IMG/VR virus record: IMGVR_UViG_3300024261_000005
DNA from: a virus
Strand: one strand, 5' to 3'
DNA: 64,000 nucleotides
The notes beneath the pieces are model-generated. The model saw nothing but the letters and a program-made list of their open reading frames with translations. It was not told the origin of the DNA and did not search any database. Of the stretch, positions 57,655 to 64,000 are shown piece after piece (positions within the stretch are counted from its first letter, which is position 1; every line of letters starts with the position of its first letter). Both the position numbers and the translations under genes were made by a program.

Positions 57655-59285
57655 ATTCTATTTCCTCTATGTGCATTGAAACCACGCCTATAATTTCTTT
57701 TATCAGATTGGCCTGTAAAAGCAACACCTGCAAGCATACCACCACCCAAAGTTAACAATCTATTATTCATTGCTACATTATTCTCTTTATTGGGGTCTAG
57801 CAATTTTTGCATCTTTTTCTTACCGAAACCTTTCAATCTTTCGTCATCGCCTTTCATTGCTGCAATTGATGTAAGGTTTTCACGTCTAGCCTGTGCTCCT
57901 GTTACTTGTTCTATTGTTTCTGGTGTTGAAGAATAGCCGCCACTTGCTTTTGCCTTCAACCTAGTTTGACTGCCAGTGTGTGTTTCCACACTTGATGCAA
58001 AATCATCCAATAAAGTGTCTCCTTGAGCAGTTCCCTTTCCTATACCTAAATCATTCAAAGTTAACCCGCTACCTTTTTCAATTGAAGACAGTTCTGTTCC
58101 TGGAGAATATTGACCTGACACTTCCTTACCAAGTGTTTTCCGAGCACCAGCAGTAACAGCATCATCCCCCAAAATACTTTTCACCATAGCATTCTCTATG
58201 TCTCCCATGCTTCCTGCAACACCCTTAGCAATAGCTCTTGCACCAAAAGCAACACCACCACCGACGGCGGCACCTTCTGTAAAGTCGCCGCCCATTGCAA
58301 CATTTGCTCCACCAGCTAAACCAGCAACAGCAGCTATACCCATAGCATTACCAAATCCATGTCCAGACTCTCCACCTATAGCTCTGAGTAAAGCATTTGG
58401 ACTTGCCGATGCTCCCGCACGATTAAACCCACCATACATACTGCCAAGCTCCTCTTGGTTCTTCATCATCGCTGACATACCCTCTTCACTTAGCTGGCCA
58501 CCTTCATTATCTACTTTTTGAATCTCACTTCTAAATGCACTTAAATTAGTAACTGCATCATCGCTGGCTCCGCCTCGCTTAAGCACATCTTCAAATGCAT
58601 CATCATCAGTTGCCTTCCATGCTTGCTTAAGTATATTCGATTCAACACCAGAAGCTTTTGCACTTGCCTCTCCAGCAAATACACGCTCTGCTCCTGCCAT
58701 AAATTCAGCACCAGCATTAGCAGCAGCTTTTCCTGAAGTATCTCCTGCAAAGATTCGCCAAAAGCTAGAATCAGATGGTTCTAATTCAGCAGCTTGATGA
58801 GTGAGGGGAGGTGGGGTCGCTGGTGGCGCTGATGGAGGTGGGGTCGCTGGTGGCGCTGATGGAGGTGGGGTCGCTGGTGGCGCTGATGGAGGTGGGGTCG
58901 CTGGTGGTTGTGGTTTGAGTACAATGCTCGGAGGTTCAACCATGTTGTCGCTTTTCGCAGGGTTTTTTCCAGCTGCTTGTTTTACAATAGGTGGTGGAAT
59001 TCGGGAACCGGCTTTCGCCGTCCTTTTTCTTCCCTCTATCTGTTCGCGAGAGGCCTTCTGCGGAGGCGCTGCTGATGTCGTTTGGGGCTTCTGCGATGGT
59101 AATCTTTGAGTTACATCAGGATTAAAGTTTGCTGGTAACACTTGGGTTGAATCAAAATCTGGACCACTGATCACGCGCGGTGCAGGTGACGAGGGAGCTG
59201 GGGCGCCAACTTTCGCACCTTTTGCAGCACCCGTACCAACCGCTTCCTCAAGGGCCTCTTTCGCTACTTTTATAAGTGGATTCAT
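57651..59285 (-). CDS. Pro/Ala/Gly-rich hypothetical protein (possible internal virion protein)
   Basis: 544 aa with GGAGG RBS, a (PPATPPPSA)n repeat and Gly/Ala hydrophobic helices. Confidence 0.7.
   Translation of the reverse strand: MNPLIKVAKEALEEAVGTGAAKGAKVGAPAPSSPAPRVISGPDFDSTQVLPANFNPDVTQRLPSQKPQTTSAAPPQKASREQIEGRKRTAKAGSRIPPPIVKQAAGKNPAKSDNMVEPPSIVLKPQPPATPPPSAPPATPPPSAPPATPPPSAPPATPPPLTHQAAELEPSDSSFWRIFAGDTSGKAAANAGAEFMAGAERVFAGEASAKASGVESNILKQAWKATDDDAFEDVLKRGGASDDAVTNLSAFRSEIQKVDNEGGQLSEEGMSAMMKNQEELGSMYGGFNRAGASASPNALLRAIGGESGHGFGNAMGIAAVAGLAGGANVAMGGDFTEGAAVGGGVAFGARAIAKGVAGSMGDIENAMVKSILGDDAVTAGARKTLGKEVSGQYSPGTELSSIEKGSGLTLNDLGIGKGTAQGDTLLDDFASSVETHTGSQTRLKAKASGGYSSTPETIEQVTGAQARRENLTSIAAMKGDDERLKGFGKKKMQKLLDPNKENNVAMNNRLLTLGGGMLAGVAFTGQSDKRNYRRGFNAHRGNRI
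58807..58907. repeat. Perfect 27-bp tandem repeat, about 3.7 copies
   Basis: Unit ggaggtggggtcgctggtggcgctgat, three full copies plus 20 bp; encodes PPATPPPSA on the minus strand. Confidence 0.95.
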
Positions 59286-59288
59286 AAT

Positions 59289-61499
59289 TTACCTCCAGCT
59301 TCTTCGTTTTTTACGGCCAAAACGACCACGTTTGGGAGCATGCTGTACTTCACTTATTGGACGCATACCTTGCTCAGTACCTTGATAGGAGTTGATTCCT
59401 TCAAGTAGGGAGAACTCTTTCTCTTCTTTTATACTACGAGAACGACTTGATTTTCTATCATTAGGCAACAAACCTTCTCTAATATACTTTTCCCTTATCA
59501 TTCTGTCTTCTTCTTCGGATCCACCACCCCGCATTATTCGCAACACATTCAGTGCACCTGGATCAGATTGAAGTTTCTTTTGCTCATAAAGCTCTCGAAT
59601 TTCATCATTCGGAGATCTATAAAGATTCTTTATGGCTTCAACTTTATGGAAGGTAGGCATACTTGGAGTCATTTGGTTTCCAGAGTATACTGACTCTTCT
59701 AAAACCAACCCACCTAACGCTAGCATGAAAGCGTCGAGTCTATGATCTCCAACCTTTTCATTCTGCTTTCCGTATACTGGCTTGTTGTTCTGTTTGTTTC
59801 TTTTCTCTACGATGTAGTTGAAGAACTGATCTTTCAAGACAACGTCATCTACTGGAAATTTAAATAATCCGTCCTGAAGAATTCTAACTGCATTCTCAAC
59901 TAAAAAATGCTTACCAGATTTTTTAATGTCCTTGTTGGTAATAGGATCTTTAAGCTTTATGTTGGAACTAAAATTAAATGATACTAAACGATCCGCTATT
60001 AAAACTGTCTCTGCCTCTTTAGCCGTCTTGTCTTGTTTGGCCCTAAGAGTATAGGATTGATATTTTATATCTTCTATGATTGTATGGCCGTATCCTTCGT
60101 CCGCATAGATATGGTCTGGTTTCCATTTATAATTAAGATCGATTAACTCTTTTATCCACCGCCTAGCAGAGAATTCAGAGTGAGGTACGTTTACTGCATC
60201 CAATGCGATCCAAATTCTATCGCTTGGAAAATAACCAATAACATAGAATTCAGTACCTGCATTTTTATTCCAGTCGATACCTATCGCTATGGTTCTCTCT
60301 GTTGCGGACTTTAACCCTAGTTTTTTCTGCAAATGATGCGGAGAATAGGCTTCGTCGTATGTATAATCCAACCGAGCGCTGTAAATCCAATCTCTCTTGA
60401 ACACCCCTTGAAGGTCGTCAATAAAGATTGCCATGTACTCCGCCATGAAAGATTCTTGGGTTGAATCACGAAGTATCTCTTCTTTTATGGCTTCCCAATG
60501 CGGGATTACTGAACTAGGTAAAAAGTCTTCTCTAAAATCATCTCGCTTCAAACACCATTCGTGAAACTTACCTTTCTTACCAATTGGTGTAGATGTGGCG
60601 ATTAAAATTGTATCAGGCGTTGTGGCCAGAATAGGATTAATAACTTTATCTAATACTTCTTCTGGAATCATATCCATCTCATCCAAGTAGACGATAGATG
60701 CAGATTGACCACGCATAGTACCACCACCGCTGCCGTCAGATCTCATACCTATTCCAGAAACAAACCCTTGTATAACCGCACCGTTTTTCATTTCCATTTT
60801 AAAAGTTGGCGTCTTTATATATAAGCTATCTCCAGTACCAGAAGTAACTTCTGCTTTTAACTCTATGTTTCTCTTTAATAGTTTCTCCATCTCTTCAAAG
60901 AGATTCGTCAGTTGCGCTTGATAAGGCGTAACGATCATTATCGCCGGCCCCATATAAACTATGTTCCCTTGCGCATCTCTACCTCTATCTAATTTAAGAT
61001 TGTATGCGTAATACAATAGTTTTAATGCCATCGCAAAAGACTTACCTGAGCGACGACCTTCTCTTATTACCATCCTCTTTGAAGTGCATCTTATTTGTTC
61101 CTTCTGGTAGCTTCTTAAGAACCATTTATCATCCCTATCAGAAAACCCAAACATTAACTCCACCCAAGATGCAGGATCTATTGAAGCCTTTAGTATTCTA
61201 GTCGCTTGTTCTTCTGGTATGTTTGTGCTTTTAGAGATCTCTTTTATTTTTGATGCAGCACCATCTGGAAGCTTTCTTGGTATGTAACTGCACTTTATCC
61301 TGTTGGTGCCATACTTCTTTATCTGCCGTATCTGACAAGTAACACAAGTCTTATGAACATCTGTCTTTAGCGAATACTCCCTCTTAAAATATGTTATTAA
61401 TTCATCGGGTATTATTGCGGCAGGATCTTGATGCTCAATCCCGTACTCGTTAACAGAATAAATATTATCATCTATTAATTGTTTTAATTTAGGATGCAT
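59289..61499 (-). CDS. terL: Terminase large subunit
   Basis: 736 aa. Q-motif LRSYQ, Walker A GRRSGKS, Walker B VYLDE, coupling motif ATSTP, and nuclease motifs IGIDW and DHRLDA. Confidence 0.95.
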   Translation of the reverse strand: MHPKLKQLIDDNIYSVNEYGIEHQDPAAIIPDELITYFKREYSLKTDVHKTCVTCQIRQIKKYGTNRIKCSYIPRKLPDGAASKIKEISKSTNIPEEQATRILKASIDPASWVELMFGFSDRDDKWFLRSYQKEQIRCTSKRMVIREGRRSGKSFAMALKLLYYAYNLKLDRGRDAQGNIVYMGPAIMIVTPYQAQLTNLFEEMEKLLKRNIELKAEVTSGTGDSLYIKTPTFKMEMKNGAVIQGFVSGIGMRSDGSGGGTMRGQSASIVYLDEMDMIPEEVLDKVINPILATTPDTILIATSTPIGKKGKFHEWCLKRDDFREDFLPSSVIPHWEAIKEEILRDSTQESFMAEYMAIFIDDLQGVFKRDWIYSARLDYTYDEAYSPHHLQKKLGLKSATERTIAIGIDWNKNAGTEFYVIGYFPSDRIWIALDAVNVPHSEFSARRWIKELIDLNYKWKPDHIYADEGYGHTIIEDIKYQSYTLRAKQDKTAKEAETVLIADRLVSFNFSSNIKLKDPITNKDIKKSGKHFLVENAVRILQDGLFKFPVDDVVLKDQFFNYIVEKRNKQNNKPVYGKQNEKVGDHRLDAFMLALGGLVLEESVYSGNQMTPSMPTFHKVEAIKNLYRSPNDEIRELYEQKKLQSDPGALNVLRIMRGGGSEEEDRMIREKYIREGLLPNDRKSSRSRSIKEEKEFSLLEGINSYQGTEQGMRPISEVQHAPKRGRFGRKKRRSWR

Positions 61500-61501
61500 A
61501 G

Positions 61502-62611
61502 TTATCGCCTGTATTGAGAGAATATATCTCTGTTCATGTGAACAATAGATGCTTCTTGTCCAAATGCTGATCTAGCGTTTGTATGTGACTTATGCATTGA
61601 TTGTAATGCTCTCTGACGCATAGTAACAGCATTTTGTGTAAAGTGTGCCGAAACATCTGAAGCGAAATTCAATCCTTTATTCTTATTCTCTGCTTTGAAT
61701 CCAGCTTCCAAAGCCGAATAGGTTGACTTAAATAACATTGTACCTGCCATGATACCAATACCTGCAACTCCCGCTTTAAGCGGGGTACCAAACATATATG
61801 CACCAGCCTTAGCACCTCCAGCAGCACCAAATATGCTACCCACCATGCCAGCTACACCTTCATTTATGTTGAGCCCAAATGCACTATTCAAAAAAGACGC
61901 ACCACCTTCTGCTGCAGCTCTACCTCCGGCCATACCTGCCATAGCTCCAATATAACCACCCATGATAGGCATTATTCTACCCAGCATTGGCGACCCTAAT
62001 ATTGCTCTCTGAGTAGATATACTTCCATCCTTATAACCAGCTAAACCATCCTTTGCTACACCAAATTCTTTTGCTGCTTTACCTTCATCTAGGATATTAT
62101 AAAGTATATTACTTTCTTTCATTCCATAATAGTTAGCGAAAGTATCTTGAATTAAATAATCTCTAAGTCCTTCTGCACCTTCTGTATACGCCGCATGGAT
62201 ACCACCAAGAGCTGTCATTCCTACAGGTAATGCTATAGACAACCCAGTTAACTTTTGTAGTCCACCTTTAGTTAATTTACCTGTTGCATTTCTTGTAAAT
62301 ACTTCACCTGCATCATCTGTAAAGTTGACTATGGAATCTTTGTTGAAGAGACCACCACCACGGGTAACTCTTGCGTTAGTTTGCCCGCCTCTAACAGTGT
62401 TATCCAGCCCTGCAGCCTCCACACCTTCTTTAGAAAAGACAGGACCAAAATGTCTCTCTGCTGCATATGTTTCACCACCGGCACTATAGAACGCTCCCTG
62501 CAGCATCTTCGGACCTAGAAGATAAGCAGCCGCCAAAGCGGGGGCAACATTCCCAAGTGCAGTACCACTGCCTTGTGCCATCTCAGTTCCACTTAAAAGA
62601 TCTAAATTCAT
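61502..62611 (-). CDS. Gly/Ala-rich hydrophobic protein (possible ejected virion protein)
   Basis: 369 aa with several GxxxG-rich helices and C-terminal TMRQRALQSMHKSHTNARSAFGQEA. Confidence 0.65.
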   Translation of the reverse strand: MNLDLLSGTEMAQGSGTALGNVAPALAAAYLLGPKMLQGAFYSAGGETYAAERHFGPVFSKEGVEAAGLDNTVRGGQTNARVTRGGGLFNKDSIVNFTDDAGEVFTRNATGKLTKGGLQKLTGLSIALPVGMTALGGIHAAYTEGAEGLRDYLIQDTFANYYGMKESNILYNILDEGKAAKEFGVAKDGLAGYKDGSISTQRAILGSPMLGRIMPIMGGYIGAMAGMAGGRAAAEGGASFLNSAFGLNINEGVAGMVGSIFGAAGGAKAGAYMFGTPLKAGVAGIGIMAGTMLFKSTYSALEAGFKAENKNKGLNFASDVSAHFTQNAVTMRQRALQSMHKSHTNARSAFGQEASIVHMNRDIFSQYRR

Positions 62612-62613
62612 GA

Positions 62614-64000
62614 TTACATCCTATTGTGTCCAATTGGAGAGTTGAACATATTCTTATTAGCGGAGAGCTGAAGGCTCTCCATCATAACTTGCCTTTTGTA
62701 TTTTTGCATTTCTGCTAGCTGATTTTCTCTCTGTTTGTTAACTTTTGCAGCTTCATGTACGTTTCTTGCCGCCAAAGTATCCTTTACCATATGATAGTTG
62801 TTTTCTCTTAAAGATCTAGTATTCAATTTATACTCGTTCTTTTTGGAGCCCCTACTCTTTATCATGCTGCCTAGATCACTTTTAATTTGATCCAAACTTG
62901 AAAGAATTGAATTGGTGTTATATCCGAAAGATTGTAAATCCAATTCATGTGCAGAAGAAAACTTTTTATCTGGCCTAAAGATACTAGTGTTATTCTTCGA
63001 TTGAGAAGCCTTAAATCTTTCAGCGGTTTGAGTAATATCTCCCATGATTTGATCAGTTACGCCACCAGCCCTATCTGCTTGATTCATTAAAGAGTAGATA
63101 GACATCAAGTTTGCATTTCTTGATACCTTAGAGATGTTCGCTAAAGTGTTGAATGTAACCGTCTCTCCACTTGCTTTAGAAATCTCCTTATAGGCTTGGA
63201 AATATCCTGTGTTCCACATTCCCCTTTTGGATTCTTGTGCTGATTCTTGTGCATCTTCAAAAGCTTTTTGATTATATATCGGCGGCTTGCCTTTGGACTT
63301 GTATGGCAAGTAGGCAGCAGCACCACGTTTAACTAGCTCTAAATTTAAATTCTTTCCATCCACATAGATCATACCTACTTGTCGACCATATGTAGTGTCG
63401 CCTTGTCGACCAACAAGTCTTACATCTTTTGCTTTCGCAATTAATTCGCTAGCTATCGCCTTGGCCTTTTCTGCAAAAGGCTGAGCACGTCTATCTTGGT
63501 GAGCAATCTCCGGAGAGTCGATTCCTGCTAAACGTATAGACATTGAATCTTGACGACCAGTGCCCATAAAACTCGATAGCGGTGAATTAATATTTCCTTT
63601 TCTTTTTATTGAGACCGTATCCGCGTCCTCAACATTTATCTCGAATCTGCTTTTATCGAACTCATATTCAATAAGATTCTTGCCTCGAACTCCAGTCCCA
63701 TACCTCTCCTGGTCAATTGGTTTCGCACCACTAAAGATGATATTCCGACTCTCTTTAGATGTACCCATCTGACGTCTAAAAGCAGTGGATAGGAACCTCT
63801 TAAAGAAGAATCCAATATCACCCTGCTCTGAGAAATGTCTAACACCAAATTTTTGCTGTATGTACTTGTGTCTCTCCCTTCTTAATTTATGATCTTCTAA
63901 TACTCCTTGTGTATAAGCTGGACCTTGATAGGGCGAACCAAAATCTGTAAAAGCTTTGTTTAGCATTGAGGCTAAACCAGTTTGTGGCAAACCTTCCAGT
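62614..64000 (-). CDS. Thermonuclease (SNase)-domain protein, 5'-partial
   Basis: The frame stays open to the window end (LEGLPQ...). SNase motifs VEDADT, IRLAGIDSPE, TYGR, NLELVKRGAA and AQESKRGMW lie at about 63210-63645. Confidence 0.85.
   Translation of the reverse strand, partial: LEGLPQTGLASMLNKAFTDFGSPYQGPAYTQGVLEDHKLRRERHKYIQQKFGVRHFSEQGDIGFFFKRFLSTAFRRQMGTSKESRNIIFSGAKPIDQERYGTGVRGKNLIEYEFDKSRFEINVEDADTVSIKRKGNINSPLSSFMGTGRQDSMSIRLAGIDSPEIAHQDRRAQPFAEKAKAIASELIAKAKDVRLVGRQGDTTYGRQVGMIYVDGKNLNLELVKRGAAAYLPYKSKGKPPIYNQKAFEDAQESAQESKRGMWNTGYFQAYKEISKASGETVTFNTLANISKVSRNANLMSIYSLMNQADRAGGVTDQIMGDITQTAERFKASQSKNNTSIFRPDKKFSSAHELDLQSFGYNTNSILSSLDQIKSDLGSMIKSRGSKKNEYKLNTRSLRENNYHMVKDTLAARNVHEAAKVNKQRENQLAEMQKYKRQVMMESLQLSANKNMFNSPIGHNRM

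Noticed and set aside
53986-58907. The 21-bp and 27-bp repeats as CRISPR arrays
   Set aside because: They are head-to-tail copies without spacers, multiples of three in length, inside coding frames, and no cas genes are present.
59289-61499. Intein or intron in the terminase
   Set aside because: ATPase and nuclease motifs are normally spaced. The extra length comes from N- and C-terminal extensions.
1080-63772. Plus-strand ORFs in the ORF track (e.g. 1943..2491, 33338..33928, 46696..47226)
   Set aside because: They are antisense shadows of long, motif-bearing minus-strand genes and show no recognisable motifs.
1-64000. Genome-wide stop-codon reassignment (TAG read as sense)
   Set aside because: Multi-kb ORFs are uninterrupted in the standard code. 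TAG ends many genes, often as part of a TAGGAG RBS. In-frame TAG junctions (35870, 43915, 53253) are about as frequent as chance would give.
1-64000. Extracellular contractile injection system or tailocin instead of a phage
   Set aside because: Terminase, portal, prohead protease and major capsid genes are present, so this is a DNA-packaging virion module.

Overview
This 64-kb window is the virion-morphogenesis region of a large, probably jumbo, contractile-tailed (myovirus-type) dsDNA phage. About 36 tightly packed genes all lie on the minus strand, with AGGAG/GGAGG ribosome-binding sites, frequent ATGA/TAATG overlaps and the standard genetic code. In transcription order (high to low coordinates): thermonuclease-domain protein (partial), Gly/Ala-rich protein, terminase large subunit, seven accessory genes including a gluzincin metallopeptidase, portal, prohead protease/scaffold, decoration protein, major capsid protein with terminator, Ig-domain and neck proteins, tail sheath, four tail-tube-family paralogs (one with TSP3-like Ca-binding repeats), two chaperones, three giant proteins (1464, 2480 and 3287 aa), baseplate genes and tail/baseplate structural genes (last one partial). 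The most notable signal is the 2480-aa protein at the tape-measure position. It carries the ordered motifs of a two-barrel RNA polymerase catalytic domain (GRVTGSG ... RNP ... TIRFP ... GDYDAD), interrupted by a ~690-aa insertion containing a ComEA-type helix-hairpin-helix domain, and is a candidate virion-delivered RNA polymerase. No tRNA, rRNA, CRISPR array, intein or mobile element was seen. All family assignments come from motif recognition by eye and from gene order; no database search was run.
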